A stretch of 64,000 nucleotides of DNA from Mycobacteriales bacterium (GCA_041743105.1 JBGTNI010000050.1:16529-80528), one strand, 5' to 3'; shown: positions 1 to 10,312, counted from the first letter of the stretch. The notes: generated from the sequence alone by a model not told the origin. Translations and numbers: made by a program.

Positions 1-21
1 CATTGTCAAAGGTGTTCTTCT

Positions 22-1332
22 TTGGCGGAAGTCCCTGAAGTTGGAGCGGTCAATGGAAGCAGTAAGTTAAAGCGGGTGACACCGTTCAGCGCGCCCAAAG
101 GCACCTACGATGTGCTCCCACCGACCTCCACCACGTTTCTGAAGGTGGTGGACACCCTCAGCGCCGCCGCGCGGCGCGCCGGTTATGGCTACATCCAGAC
201 CCCGATGTTCGAAGACACCGCGTTGTACGAGCGGGGCGTCGGCGAATCCACCGACGTGGTCACTAAGGAGATGTACACTTTTATCGATAAGGGCGGGCGT
301 TCGCTATCGCTGCGGCCCGAGGGGACCGCGGGCGTGATACGCGCCATTGTTGAGCACAATTTGCTATCTGGGCAACTCCCGGTGAAGTTGTGGTACACCG
401 GTCCGAACTTTCGCTACGAGCAGCCGCAATCTGGTCGATACCGCCAACATGTGCAGGTGGGGATAGAAGCGGTCGGTATCGATGATCCTGCGTTAGACGC
501 CGAGGTGATCGCGGTCGCGGTCGCGGGGCAACGGGCGCTAGGGCTGTCGCAGGTTCGATTGCTGCTCAATTCACTGGGCGATGCTAACTGTCGTCCGGTA
601 TATCGAGAACGCCTGCAGGAGTTCCTGGCCGGTTGTGAGTTGGACGAGGCAACCCGCGCACGGGCGGCGATCAACCCGCTGCGAGTCCTCGACGACAAGC
701 GCCTCGAGGTCGCCGAGCAACTCAGTGGAGTACCACTGATGACTGATTACCTGTGCAAGGAATGTCGCGAGCACTACGACGCGGTGAGGTCAGCCCTGAC
801 TTCACTGGGCGTCGAATGGGAAGAGGCCCCTGCGTTAGTGCGGGGCCTGGACTACTACACCAAGACCACGTTTGAGTTTCGGCATGACGGTTTAGGTGCT
901 CAAGCCGCGGTTGGTGGTGGTGGTCGGTACGACGGCTTAGTAGCCGATATTGGTGGACCTGAGCTCTCCGGCGTTGGGTTCGGGCTAGGGGTAGACCGCT
1001 ACATGCTTGCCTTAGCGGCGGAGGGTATTGGGCCTACTGACAGTGCTCGATGCCAGGTGTTTGTGGTACCGCTGGGGGCGGCGAAGGCGGCTGCGGTGGA
1101 GCTCGCAGGGACGCTACGTTCGGCGGGAATCGCCACAGACTTAGCCTACGGCGATCGTGGTCTCAAAGGCGCTATGAAGGCCGCGGACCGTTCTGGCGCC
1201 TCGTACGCTCTGTTGCTCGGCGAACGGGATCTGCGCGACGGCGCCGTCGCTATGAAAGACCTAGCCAGTGGAGAGCAACACTCCGTCGCGCTGCCCGACA
1301 TTGTGATTCGTCTGAGGGAGAAGCTTTCGTGA
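22..1332 (+). CDS. hisS: histidine--tRNA ligase
   Basis: 436-aa ORF with recognisable class II HisRS blocks ([27 protein letters not shown]) and a C-terminal anticodon-binding region. The TTG start at 22 is uncertain. The stop overlaps the aspS start. Confidence 0.9.
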   Translation: MAEVPEVGAVNGSSKLKRVTPFSAPKGTYDVLPPTSTTFLKVVDTLSAAARRAGYGYIQTPMFEDTALYERGVGESTDVVTKEMYTFIDKGGRSLSLRPEGTAGVIRAIVEHNLLSGQLPVKLWYTGPNFRYEQPQSGRYRQHVQVGIEAVGIDDPALDAEVIAVAVAGQRALGLSQVRLLLNSLGDANCRPVYRERLQEFLAGCELDEATRARAAINPLRVLDDKRLEVAEQLSGVPLMTDYLCKECREHYDAVRSALTSLGVEWEEAPALVRGLDYYTKTTFEFRHDGLGAQAAVGGGGRYDGLVADIGGPELSGVGFGLGVDRYMLALAAEGIGPTDSARCQVFVVPLGAAKAAAVELAGTLRSAGIATDLAYGDRGLKGAMKAADRSGASYALLLGERDLRDGAVAMKDLASGEQHSVALPDIVIRLREKLS

Positions 1333-3107
1333 TTGTCAGTAGTACCGAGCAGACCTTGCCCCAATACCGCACCGCGCGTGCGGGTGAGCTTGCAACCAGC
1401 GACGTCGGCCGTACCGTCACGCTGGCCGGATGGGTGGCGCGCAGGCGCGATCACGGCGGCATGATCTTCATCGACCTGCGTGACGCCTCCGGTTATGTCC
1501 AAGTAGTGCTCCGCGAGGACTCCACTGCCCACTCGCTGCGAGCCGAGTTCTGCGTACAGGTCACCGGTGAGGTCACAGCGCGCCCGGCGGGCAACGAGAA
1601 CCCAGAACTTGCCACCGGCGCCATCGAGCTCATTGCGGGTGAGCTACGCGTGCTCAGCGAGGCTGCGCCGCTGCCGTTCCCGATCGACGGTCAGAGTGCC
1701 GGAGAGGTAGGGGAGGAGGCGAGGCTCAAGCATCGCTACCTGGATCTGCGACGCGCCGGACCAGCGGCGGCGCTGCGAATGCGTTCGCAGGTCAACAAGG
1801 TAGGCCGGGCGGTGCTGGATCGTCACGGCTTCACCGAGATCGAGACCCCCAACCTCACTCGATCGACGCCAGAAGGTGCCCGAGACTTCATCGTCCCGGT
1901 TCGCCTGCAACCGGGACATTGGTACGCCCTGCCACAATCGCCCCAGCTTTTCAAGCAGTTGCTTATGGTGGCCGGGATGGAGCGGTACTACCAGATCGCC
2001 CGGTGCTTTAGGGACGAAGACTTCCGGGCAGACCGGCAGCCTGAGTTCACCCAACTCGACCTGGAGATGAGCTTCGTCAACCGCGACGAGGTATTGGCCG
2101 TGGCAGAAGATGTGATCTGCGCACTGTGGCAAGACATCGCGGGAGTCGCGCTGTCTCGCCCCTTTGTCCGGATGCGGCACGCCGAAGCGCTGCGGCGATT
2201 TGGTTCCGACAAGCCCGACACACGTTTCGGTCAAGAGCTCACCGACGCTACGTCGTACTTCGCTAACACCACCTTCCGGGTTTTCCAGGCTCCGCACGTG
2301 GGTGCGGTGGTGATGCCCCAGGGCGCCAGGCAGACCCGCGCCGAACTCGACGGCTGGCAGGAGTGGGCCCGCGCGCGCGGCGCGAAAGGCCTGGCTTATG
2401 TGTTGGTGGACGCCGACGGCGGCCTCAGTGGCCCGGTGGCCAAGAACCTCTCAGAGACCGAACGCGACGGACTAGCGGCTCTGGTGGGAGCCGCTCCCGG
2501 CGACGCGATCTTCTTCGCCGCCGGCGATCGCCGGGGCGCGCTGGAGCTTTTGGGCGCGGCCCGGCTGGAGATCGGTCGGCGCTGCAACCTGATCGACGAG
2601 ACAACCTGGAACCTGTTGTTCGTGGTGGACTTCCCGATGTTCGCCCCGACCGACGACGGCTGGACCGCCGAACACCATCCGTTCACTGCCCCGACGCCGG
2701 ACTGGGTAGATCGTTTCGACGCCGAGCCCGCACATGCCCTAGCCGATGCCTACGACCTTGTGTGCAACGGGTCGGAGATCATGAGCGGCTCGGTGCGGAT
2801 CCATCAGTCGGAGCTGCAGCGACGGGTCTTCGACGTTATCGGGCTAACGAAAGACGAGACCGAGGCCAAGTTCGGATTTCTGCTCGATGCCTTCGCCTAC
2901 GGACCACCGCCGCATGCCGGAGCCGCGTTGGGCTGGGACCGCATTGTTGCCCTGTTGGCGGGTGTGGATTCCATTCGAGAAGTCATCGCATTTCCGAAGG
3001 TGGCCTCCGGTGGCGATCCACTCACGGGCGCGCCCACACAGATCCCCGCCTCGCAGCGCAAAGAAGCGGGCATCGACGCCAAGCCGGAGGAAACTGTGGG
3101 TCGGTAA
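1329..3107 (+). CDS. aspS: aspartate--tRNA ligase
   Basis: The tracked ORF opens at 1050, but the AspRS-like sequence begins at the in-frame GTG at 1329 ([18 protein letters not shown]..), which overlaps the hisS TGA (GTGA). Motifs seen: OB-fold N-terminus, [29 protein letters not shown]. Length 592 aa. Confidence 0.9.
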   Translation: MIVSSTEQTLPQYRTARAGELATSDVGRTVTLAGWVARRRDHGGMIFIDLRDASGYVQVVLREDSTAHSLRAEFCVQVTGEVTARPAGNENPELATGAIELIAGELRVLSEAAPLPFPIDGQSAGEVGEEARLKHRYLDLRRAGPAAALRMRSQVNKVGRAVLDRHGFTEIETPNLTRSTPEGARDFIVPVRLQPGHWYALPQSPQLFKQLLMVAGMERYYQIARCFRDEDFRADRQPEFTQLDLEMSFVNRDEVLAVAEDVICALWQDIAGVALSRPFVRMRHAEALRRFGSDKPDTRFGQELTDATSYFANTTFRVFQAPHVGAVVMPQGARQTRAELDGWQEWARARGAKGLAYVLVDADGGLSGPVAKNLSETERDGLAALVGAAPGDAIFFAAGDRRGALELLGAARLEIGRRCNLIDETTWNLLFVVDFPMFAPTDDGWTAEHHPFTAPTPDWVDRFDAEPAHALADAYDLVCNGSEIMSGSVRIHQSELQRRVFDVIGLTKDETEAKFGFLLDAFAYGPPPHAGAALGWDRIVALLAGVDSIREVIAFPKVASGGDPLTGAPTQIPASQRKEAGIDAKPEETVGR

Positions 3108-3122
3108 ACTTTCGCCAAGTTC

Positions 3123-3518
3123 CTATACGGCGATAATGTCGAGCACCTTGTTTAAGCCTTTAAAATCATCGACGTTGCGGGTGAAGAGCGGTACCTCATA
3201 GGCAAGGGCGGTAGCTGCGATCAGAGCATCAGCAACGCGCGCGCGCGGTTTCCGATCCGCCTTGCGAATAAGGGCGTACACGCGGCCGTAAGCGTGGGCG
3301 GCACGCGAGTCAAAAGGCACAACGTCGAAGGTTGACTCGCTCCACTGCAAACGCTCTTGACGTATGGCCTGCTCCACAACATCTCTCGTCGCAAGTGGTC
3401 CCGCCGCCAGCTCAGCCAAGGTGATACTGCTGATAACCAGCTCGTCGGCCAGCGTCGAGACATTGACTTTTGCCGCATCGATGATGACCGAGGTATCGAG
3501 CATGCCTTTGGTGGTCAC
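3123..3518 (-). CDS. vapC: PIN-domain toxin (VapC family)
   Basis: 131 aa. N-terminal LDTSVIID and C-terminal TRNVDDF acidic PIN signatures. 4-nt overlap with the upstream antitoxin ORF. Confidence 0.8.
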   Translation of the reverse strand: MTTKGMLDTSVIIDAAKVNVSTLADELVISSITLAELAAGPLATRDVVEQAIRQERLQWSESTFDVVPFDSRAAHAYGRVYALIRKADRKPRARVADALIAATALAYEVPLFTRNVDDFKGLNKVLDIIAV

Positions 3519-3763
3519 GGTAGCTCCGGATCAAGGTATTCGTCGACGTCTGCACGAAAACGAGCCGCGTCTATCCAGGGCGCGGTAGCCGCGTACGCGG
3601 CGAAATCGTCGCGGGATGCTGTTTTCTTCTTATGCTCCAGCGGGCGGAGTTCGGCCACTGGAACCTTCCCGCTAGCGATGATGTACGTTTCGCCGGCAAT
3701 GACATCACGAAGTATTTTCCCACTGTCATTGCGCAGCTCTCGCTGCGTAATTGTATGCGTCAT
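3515..3763 (-). CDS. Phd/YefM-type antitoxin
   Basis: 82 aa. N-terminus ITQRELRNDSGKILRDV..GETYIIASGKVPVAEL is typical of Phd/YefM antitoxins. Translationally coupled to the PIN toxin. Confidence 0.75.
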   Translation of the reverse strand: MTHTITQRELRNDSGKILRDVIAGETYIIASGKVPVAELRPLEHKKKTASRDDFAAYAATAPWIDAARFRADVDEYLDPELP

Positions 3764-3783
3764 GTCGCAAGCTTAGCATCTCG

Positions 3784-3803
3784 TGCTACATATTGCTACA
3801 TAT
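3784..3803. promoter_or_regulatory. tandem 10-bp direct repeat (TGCTACATAT x2), putative antitoxin operator
   Basis: Two perfect adjacent copies lie 21-40 nt upstream of the antitoxin start at 3763 on the minus strand. Confidence 0.35.
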
Positions 3804-4250
3804 TGTGAAACTGTCGGCATCGACGTTGGGCCGGATCGATATCGGAGGGTTGAGTGCGGCGTGAAATTCGTTGAACAACTGATGCGACCAGCATGCGATG
3901 AGAGGTTGCAGTAGGTACAACTGGCGCCTATGGCGATACACGAGCAGAAGCGACCATGGCCCTGCCCCTAGCTTTGGAGTGCCGTCTGCCCCGCCTTTTG
4001 GTGCCCGCGGTGCATTACTTGGGCTGGTCCGAGCCACGTAGCTGCATCCACCGCAGAAAGGCCCCGGTTGCGTCGTCCCGACCTAGCAAGAACACCTAGT
4101 GAGAGAGCTGAGGCTGAGAAGGCCATAGGTCGCGCTCTGAGCAACGCTACGCGTGAGCTACGTAGCGGCATTGCACGACCCGGGCGGGCGAGGTGGGCTA
4201 GGATAAGCATCAGCCGCCCGAGCACGGCAGGCTGGAGCTACGGGAGATCC

Positions 4251-4595
4251 ATGAGCTATGACCAACCGCCGGGAGCATCGCCTTATGCGAGTCCGCAATA
4301 TCCGACCGCAGCCGCATATCCGAGCTACGGTTCGCAGTATTACCCGCCTCCGCCGCCACCGCTCAATGGATGCGCGCTCGGCTCGCTCATAACCTCCATT
4401 ACGAGCTTGGTGTCGTGCATGGGTTTGATTAGCCCGGTGGGTATCGTCCTGGGCCATATCGCCCATAGGCAGATAAGAGAGCGCAATGAAACTGGCAAAG
4501 GGTTAGCGACGGCAGGAATCGTCGTCGGGTGGGTAGGTACCGCCCTGGTGCTATTGGCTGTCGCGGTCCTGGTCCCCCTTGAGCTGCTCACCTGA
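4251..4595 (+). CDS. DUF4190-like small membrane protein with Pro/Tyr-rich N-terminus
   Basis: ATG at 4251 preceded by GGGAG. PY-rich N-terminus followed by two hydrophobic helices with GIVLGHIA..R..ATAGIVVGWVG. The 5' extension of the ORF to 4068 looks non-coding. Confidence 0.6.
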   Translation: MSYDQPPGASPYASPQYPTAAAYPSYGSQYYPPPPPPLNGCALGSLITSITSLVSCMGLISPVGIVLGHIAHRQIRERNETGKGLATAGIVVGWVGTALVLLAVAVLVPLELLT

Positions 4596-4602
4596 AAGGA
4601 GG

Positions 4603-4652
4603 TTCAGGGAAAACGTTGCTAAATTACCCTCCTGAACGGCGTTTTCCCTGAA
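4603..4652. terminator. perfect 13-bp inverted repeat between convergent genes
   Basis: TTCAGGGAAAACG (4603-4615) pairs with CGTTTTCCCTGAA (4640-4652), directly after the stop at 4595. There is no clear U-tract, so terminator function is uncertain. Confidence 0.3.
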
Positions 4653-4676
4653 AATGTCCTGAGCCCTGAGATCGGG

Positions 4677-5050
4677 TTAGAACCAGAGTTGGTAGTTTGC
4701 GGAACGTGGCCGCACGGGTAGGTGCGGAGTCCCGTGTTGGCTATCGTCCAGGCAACTGCCAACACCATTCAGGTAGATCTTCAGATCGAATGTACCGTCG
4801 CGCCACTTGTGGACGCGCCACGCTTGAATGCTGAGGCTCCGACAAGGATTCTGTATGTAAGGGGGGTCTGTGTAGGGCCTTTCGCCTGATTAGTTGCCAT
4901 TCAGACACTCCCCAGTGTGCCTATTTCGGAAGGCCTGAGTGTTGGAAGCGCTAATTTCAATGGACGCTCCGTTGTCGGATATCTTCGCCAATTTACGACT
5001 GTCAGGTGATGCATGTGCCGACTCGATTGGGAAAACCACGGCAGGAATTC
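4677..5050 (-). pseudogene. remnant of small beta-trefoil lectin-like gene (paralog of 15904..16482)
   Basis: Nucleotide and protein similarity to the intact copy (ESAHASPDSRKL..FRNRHTGEC..WRDGT..CLDDSQHG..NYQLWF*). It has an in-frame TAA after ..CLNGN, at least one frameshift near the 3' end, and a 5' truncation at 5050. Confidence 0.6.
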
Positions 5051-5051
5051 A

Positions 5052-5090
5052 GGATCGAGGTTCCGATCTCGTTGGGGTGGTCCTGCTATT
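5052..5090 (-). pseudogene. fragment of SGNH hydrolase block V (..DHPNEIGTSIL)
   Basis: Near-identical at nucleotide level to the 3' end of giant gene B (CACCCCAACGAGATCGGAACCTCGATCCTG, compare 11790-11820). It is joined directly to the truncated lectin remnant. Confidence 0.55.
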
Positions 5091-5181
5091 GACGCCACCT
5101 TCGAGGAGTACAGCCTCACGCTGTACCACCTCGAAGGTGGACGGATCCCGGCTGCCAGCCGCCGGATGGCAGTATCCCTCG

Positions 5182-5727
5182 TCAGCCGACCGAGCTGAAC
5201 TTCCAACTATTGCTTCCACTCGCCCCGCAGGGATTGACACCGCGGATCGCGGTGAAGTAGAACACCGAGTAGCCGCCAGTGATGTGCCGATTTATCTCCA
5301 GGGTGCCCCATTGGTGTGGGTAGACCGTAAGCCCTGGCAGCGGGAAGTCTCCTCCTGCGTCATGGTGCAAGATCCTGCCGAATTCCATGGGCTGCCCGGC
5401 GCCGTTATACACCCGGACTCGCCGCACAAAGGACCCTCCCGGGCGCCAATTCCCCTCGAAGTACATGTGGGTGACCCCCGACGCGGCGCCGGTGCCGCAG
5501 TGTCCTTCGTTGATAGCGGCCCACACCTCGGTGAACCCTTCAGAGTTAACCGGTGAATGGTTGGTGTCATAAAAGCGCAGGCCACCGTTGGGTGGCTCGC
5601 TGGCGACGGCAGGTGTAGAACTCCCAACCAGCAGCGCGGCCAAGATTAGTACGGCGACCACGATCGAGTTTTGGCGGAATTTTCCCAGTTGTCGCGCTGG
5701 TTTCTTCTCTTTCATGATTTTCGACAT
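5182..5727 (-). CDS. secreted hypothetical protein
   Basis: 181 aa. Basic N-terminus, hydrophobic core and AVA-SEP, which looks like a Sec signal peptide. I recognise no family. Confidence 0.6.
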   Translation of the reverse strand: MSKIMKEKKPARQLGKFRQNSIVVAVLILAALLVGSSTPAVASEPPNGGLRFYDTNHSPVNSEGFTEVWAAINEGHCGTGAASGVTHMYFEGNWRPGGSFVRRVRVYNGAGQPMEFGRILHHDAGGDFPLPGLTVYPHQWGTLEINRHITGGYSVFYFTAIRGVNPCGASGSNSWKFSSVG

Positions 5728-5748
5728 TGGATTCTCCTTTCAGATTTG

Positions 5749-5935
5749 AGCCATTTACTCTCACATCACATGGTGCCAATGGATGGCTGTTAATGCTTCT
5801 CCGAAAAGACTCGTTATTGCGTCTACCGGAGGAGAGTCTTTGGCGCGTGCACCTCTATCGGAAGAAAGAGCTGAAGATCCGCCGCAAGCCAGATACTCGT
5901 GTGCGCCTTGACGTATGGTTCTGGCGCGAGAGCCC
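5749..5935. repeat. direct repeat copy 1: duplicate of the sensor-kinase promoter and 5' region
   Basis: Aligns by eye with 16555-16752 at about four-fifths identity with small indels. Shared strings include AGACTCGTTATTGC, TATCGGAAGAAAGAG, GAAGATCCGCC and CAGATACTCGTGTG. Confidence 0.75.
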
Positions 5936-6093
5936 TCACCACGACCCTGGCGGTCAAATTCTTATGGGCCGTACGCGGCAATGAACTTACGACAGGACGT
6001 CGATAAGCGCCGGTAGATACGACTAGTCCCGCCCATCGATTTTTGGAAGGATGGGTCGTTTCTTGGCCGCCTTAAGCCTCCGCAGCGGTTACC

Positions 6094-9000
6094 TCAACCG
6101 TGATCTCCACTGACCGGAATGTCTGGATCGACGCAGAAGTGAACTGTGGTGGGATTAGTGTCCGCGCCGTCCGTCGCACTCATATCCCAAGGGTTACCGG
6201 CCCGCCCCGAGGTTCTATCACACTCGTTAAACGGGTCATCGCCAGGATGGCGAGGCATATTGCTGAAGGCATTAAAGTCACCGGTAAGCAGCGGCTGCGC
6301 GGTGTTGCGCGGATGGCCGTCCTGTTCTATGGCCCGGCCGTTGTAGTACAGGTATTGGTTCGGCATCAGACTTGCCCGCAGGATCTCACTCCCTCGACCG
6401 AGGAAGGGTCGGTCACCGTTGAGACATACCCGGAAGTTCAGCTCCTGCCAGATAGGCGGCGCCCCGTTAAACAACGAACCTGGTACGACACCTAGCTGGA
6501 AAAAGGTCTCATAGATGTCGTTGGCCACCTCCTTGAGCCCCTGCGGGATCTCCGGTCGCGAATTCACCTGTTGCAGCCAGGCATCAACCCGAGCGCTTAC
6601 GTATCGGACACCGAGCATGGGCTTGTATCCCATGGAGCCACCCGAGGCGTAGAAGGTCTCGATGCAGTCGGTATTGGGCTCCTTGTAAATCACCGGCTTT
6701 GCCGCCGCGGGGGTATAGGCACGGCCGGGAAATATGCCGTCTTCGTTCGGCTGGGTGGCGGTGGGCTGGTGATTGTGTACATATAGGTCCTCTGTCGTGT
6801 AGGACAACAGTGGTGGGACGATGCCGTAATCTCGGTGGACACTGGTGAATGTTTCACGGACGAAGGTGGGCATGATCGTGTCAGCGGACCGATGGGTCCC
6901 CACCGTGTCGACGCTGCCCTCGACCAGCCGACCGTCCTCGCCCACTACATACGACACCACGACTTTGCTTTTGATCTTGTACACGTGGTCGTTGGAATCC
7001 AGGTTGGGCGGCTTTACAGCTGAGGTCGGCCGGTCCCGCCAGTCGTTGGAGAACAGCATCCACGCTGGAATGCTCTGACCGAGCGGGTGGTTCACCGGAT
7101 CGGTACCGGCGGCCACGACTTGGTCCTTCCACCGTCGCATGGCCGCCCGAGTCTGGGGCATCGTGCACGATTCATGGGGACCCGATATGCACTCACTCTT
7201 ATCCGCAACGCTGGAGGAACGCTCCAAAGCCCAGTCGTATAACGCTTGTCGACTTGCTAACGGACCGGCCAACCAGCTAGTTGGGAACGAGGTGTCCAGG
7301 TCGGTGTTCTCGTCGAAATGCGCATAGGCCTCCATGGTCTGCTCGACGTAGCGACCCGGCGCCGGTACGAAAGCTATCGCGTCCCACGCCACCGTGCCGA
7401 CACCTTCGGTTTTGTCCAGCGCGGTGACGTTGTCTAAGGCCACCTTGGCGTTGGATCCCAGTTGGTAGACGCCCAACGACTTCCAATGGTTGTAGTGCTC
7501 GTGTTGGTTGATAGTGCGCTGTTTCACCTCGCCGTTCGCGGTGGTGATCCGGTATACGGCAGACTCGGCGCCGGCGCCGGCCACTGGAATATGCGCTTTG
7601 ACTATGTATGGACCTGGCGTTAGGGCATTTGGCTGCCAGGTTCCGGTCACGCGGTGCGCAGGGTCGCGCGCCAATCGATTCCCGGTGAACCAGGTGTGGG
7701 CGCCGAAACCAGTGGCCACTTGATGGAAGTCGATGATACCCAACGGCGCGCCGGTCGTATCGTTTCCCACCTCGTAGCTGAAGGTGCCGGAGTTGGACCA
7801 GTTCCGGTTAGGGCAAAAGATGTTCGCGCTCGGGTCGGTCAGGTCGTCCACGATGACGGCGCGCGGGCCTAAGTCTGAGTCGCATTCCGGCTTCCACGGG
7901 TTGTTTCCAGCAGGCTCACTTGCCCCAGGCGGCTGGTTAAACGGTGAGCGCGCGCAATCCAACGAGCAGTTGGCCACCTCCACCGACTCGTGCCACCAGC
8001 ATCGGAAGTCGGCACGGGTACAACCCTGGCCCGTTTGAGTCGTGGGATCGCAGGAGTTGGCGGTGGAGCAAAACGCGGTACGCGATGGGTATCGCACCGC
8101 CGCGCCACCGGCGCTGCCCGGGCCGGGTATAGCGGGCAAGTAAGACGGCTCCCCCCGATAGTTACGGATCGGTGTCTCCGCCCATCCCAAAATGCGCTCC
8201 TGATATGCCCACCAGTTCGGATGTTCGGCATCGGCGTAGCTATCCCGTAGAAACACCGCACGGTTAGGCGGATAGTCGGAGTTGCGCGGGTTGTTGGTCC
8301 ATCCCAAGCCCCAGCGTCCACCGTCATCGGTACACGATGGTCCCGGGGTGCAGCCGGTAGGGTTGCCGAACCGAGCATCCGGCTGTACTCCGGAGTTGTA
8401 GGCCCACAGCGCGAGATACCAGTTCTCTACGTATGCCGGGTTGGAATCATTTAGCCGGATGTTTGCGGCGTAGAGCTGATTCCACTTCTGAGCCAGAATG
8501 TTCGCCCCCGCTTGCACGTTCGCTGCATAATCGATGGCTATCTTGGCTTTACCATTGGGAGAAATGCTGCTGTCGGTCACTCGCATGCCGGTAGTTACTT
8601 GAGCCACCCCATAGCCGCAGTCAGCTTTGGTGTAATCGATTTTGTCCAGCGTCCCGCGTGCTCCGTAATAGTCACCGATCACCGTATTGCCACCACTACC
8701 CGGTAGGGTGCGTCGCGAGGCATGCCGGTAAGCACTTTCCTGCGCCAGCACTCCGTTCATGACCGCCGGTGGAATATAACCTCCCGCCGGTTGTAGTTTC
8801 GGCAGGGAGAAATCGCTGCTTGGTGCGTATGCGGGCAGGCCGGAGGATAGGTAGTTCGACGGGCGAGCATTGGCGCCTACCAGTAAATTGCGCGGGGCCA
8901 TCTCCGCCGCCCAAGCGATCTGCTTGTTGGTTGCGCCATAGGCGGTGCGGCGTGGATCATTGCGTGGCACCGCACATGAGGGCGTAGCGGCTTCGCGCGA

Positions 9001-10287
9001 GTTGGCCCGTCCGTGCGGGCTGGGCTGTCCCGCCGGGTCTGCCGAACGCGGGGTAGCGGTAACCGCCGGTGTACCTGGAGGGACGGTCGCGTCTCCGGTG
9101 AGCAGCTCGCCGCTGCGGGCAGAGAACAGTCGCTTAATGGGGCGGAACGGTTTGGTTGAAGTGTCCTCTGCTGTCGCGGGAGCTTTTGGCTGGGTGGATT
9201 CGGAAGACGAAACCTCAGTGGTACTGCTCCATATGACCTTGCCCTCCGCGCTGACCGCCTCCACCGGCACCTTGCGTTCGGGACGGTCAGGTAATTGAAG
9301 CCGAGGTGCTTTGACTGTGGCGGTATCAGCTTGCGCGCGCGTAAGCCCGACCGTGACGGTGCGCTTTCCGGAGGCTGACAGCAGTTGGACGTCTTGAACA
9401 GGTCCTTCACCCATAGGGCGCAGCCGTGGCTGCCCGGAACGTTCGAGTTCCAACCTGTTCAGGGCCACGCTCTGGCCTCGCAGCACTAACACCTCCGCCG
9501 AGGAACCTGAGGCGGTGAGCGAAAATGGTTCTCCGGCGGTCCTGGCGACCGGCCGCACAGTGGTAGTGCGTCCGGTACCGGCAACCTCGATCACCTCTGC
9601 GCCCCGCAGAGCGAAAAGCCGATTGCCGACTGGGACGGCGTTGGTCAGCTGTCCGACAACTTCGGCTCGGGCGGTAATCCGTGCTGCGGCCGCGTCAGCA
9701 CGTAGCAACTCAGTGCGTTCCTGTTCAAAGCCCAAATGCCGTAGCAGAACCACCTCCGAGCCAGCGCCACAGCGCAAAGAGTGATACTTGAACGCAACTC
9801 CGCCGATCAGCGGGCGAACTTGCCCGGAGTCGACCGAGATCACGTAAGCCAGGGCACCGCGATCCAGCCGATCGGAGCGGTTCACTGCCCAGCGAGGCAG
9901 CACCGAGACAACCACCGATTTGTGGTCCCCGGTGACGCATTGACTGCCTAGCCAGTCGTCGCCATCGTAGCCGGCTGGTTGCACAGTAGCCAGCGGACGG
10001 AACGCGTAGCGCTCCTTCTCCCAGCCAATGGACAGGTGATAGCCATCGCCGTCACCTCGTCCTGTGACTAAAAAATCCGAGCCCCGCCACCAGTTGGGTT
10101 GGACGGTGGCTAAGTCGACACCCTGTTGCGGATCGGCGGCATCGGAGTTGGCTTGGGCGGTTTGCTGGCTTGCCAGCACGTCGGTGTAACTGGAGTTGCC
10201 CTGTGCCGGCAACGGCGTCCACGACAGCAGCGCCAGAGCTAGCAGGCTGAGCGCCAGCTTTCTGAGGGCAATGCGCTTGTTCGTCAT
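6094..10287 (-). CDS. giant secreted multidomain protein A: N-domain, SLT-like lytic transglycosylase, golvesin-like module, unassigned C-terminal domain
   Basis: I place the start at the ATG at 10287, preceded by GGAGGAA. Signal peptide MTNKRIALRKLALSLLALALLSWTPLPAQG. Lytic transglycosylase motifs AQES (about 8734-8745), GYGVAQVT and WAYNSG (about 8389-8403). Golvesin-like stretch VYRITTANGEVKQRTINQ..WKSLGVYQLG..VAWDAIAFVP. Length 1397 aa. Confidence 0.85.
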   Translation of the reverse strand: MTNKRIALRKLALSLLALALLSWTPLPAQGNSSYTDVLASQQTAQANSDAADPQQGVDLATVQPNWWRGSDFLVTGRGDGDGYHLSIGWEKERYAFRPLATVQPAGYDGDDWLGSQCVTGDHKSVVVSVLPRWAVNRSDRLDRGALAYVISVDSGQVRPLIGGVAFKYHSLRCGAGSEVVLLRHLGFEQERTELLRADAAAARITARAEVVGQLTNAVPVGNRLFALRGAEVIEVAGTGRTTTVRPVARTAGEPFSLTASGSSAEVLVLRGQSVALNRLELERSGQPRLRPMGEGPVQDVQLLSASGKRTVTVGLTRAQADTATVKAPRLQLPDRPERKVPVEAVSAEGKVIWSSTTEVSSSESTQPKAPATAEDTSTKPFRPIKRLFSARSGELLTGDATVPPGTPAVTATPRSADPAGQPSPHGRANSREAATPSCAVPRNDPRRTAYGATNKQIAWAAEMAPRNLLVGANARPSNYLSSGLPAYAPSSDFSLPKLQPAGGYIPPAVMNGVLAQESAYRHASRRTLPGSGGNTVIGDYYGARGTLDKIDYTKADCGYGVAQVTTGMRVTDSSISPNGKAKIAIDYAANVQAGANILAQKWNQLYAANIRLNDSNPAYVENWYLALWAYNSGVQPDARFGNPTGCTPGPSCTDDGGRWGLGWTNNPRNSDYPPNRAVFLRDSYADAEHPNWWAYQERILGWAETPIRNYRGEPSYLPAIPGPGSAGGAAVRYPSRTAFCSTANSCDPTTQTGQGCTRADFRCWWHESVEVANCSLDCARSPFNQPPGASEPAGNNPWKPECDSDLGPRAVIVDDLTDPSANIFCPNRNWSNSGTFSYEVGNDTTGAPLGIIDFHQVATGFGAHTWFTGNRLARDPAHRVTGTWQPNALTPGPYIVKAHIPVAGAGAESAVYRITTANGEVKQRTINQHEHYNHWKSLGVYQLGSNAKVALDNVTALDKTEGVGTVAWDAIAFVPAPGRYVEQTMEAYAHFDENTDLDTSFPTSWLAGPLASRQALYDWALERSSSVADKSECISGPHESCTMPQTRAAMRRWKDQVVAAGTDPVNHPLGQSIPAWMLFSNDWRDRPTSAVKPPNLDSNDHVYKIKSKVVVSYVVGEDGRLVEGSVDTVGTHRSADTIMPTFVRETFTSVHRDYGIVPPLLSYTTEDLYVHNHQPTATQPNEDGIFPGRAYTPAAAKPVIYKEPNTDCIETFYASGGSMGYKPMLGVRYVSARVDAWLQQVNSRPEIPQGLKEVANDIYETFFQLGVVPGSLFNGAPPIWQELNFRVCLNGDRPFLGRGSEILRASLMPNQYLYYNGRAIEQDGHPRNTAQPLLTGDFNAFSNMPRHPGDDPFNECDRTSGRAGNPWDMSATDGADTNPTTVHFCVDPDIPVSGDHG

Positions 10288-10312
10288 GGTTCCTCCGTAT
10301 GAACAGGTTGAG

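Noticed and set aside
1050-1328. 5' extension of the aspS ORF overlapping the end of hisS
   Set aside because: The extension is Gly/Arg-rich nonsense and overlaps hisS coding sequence. AspRS similarity starts at the GTG at 1329, which is coupled to the hisS stop.
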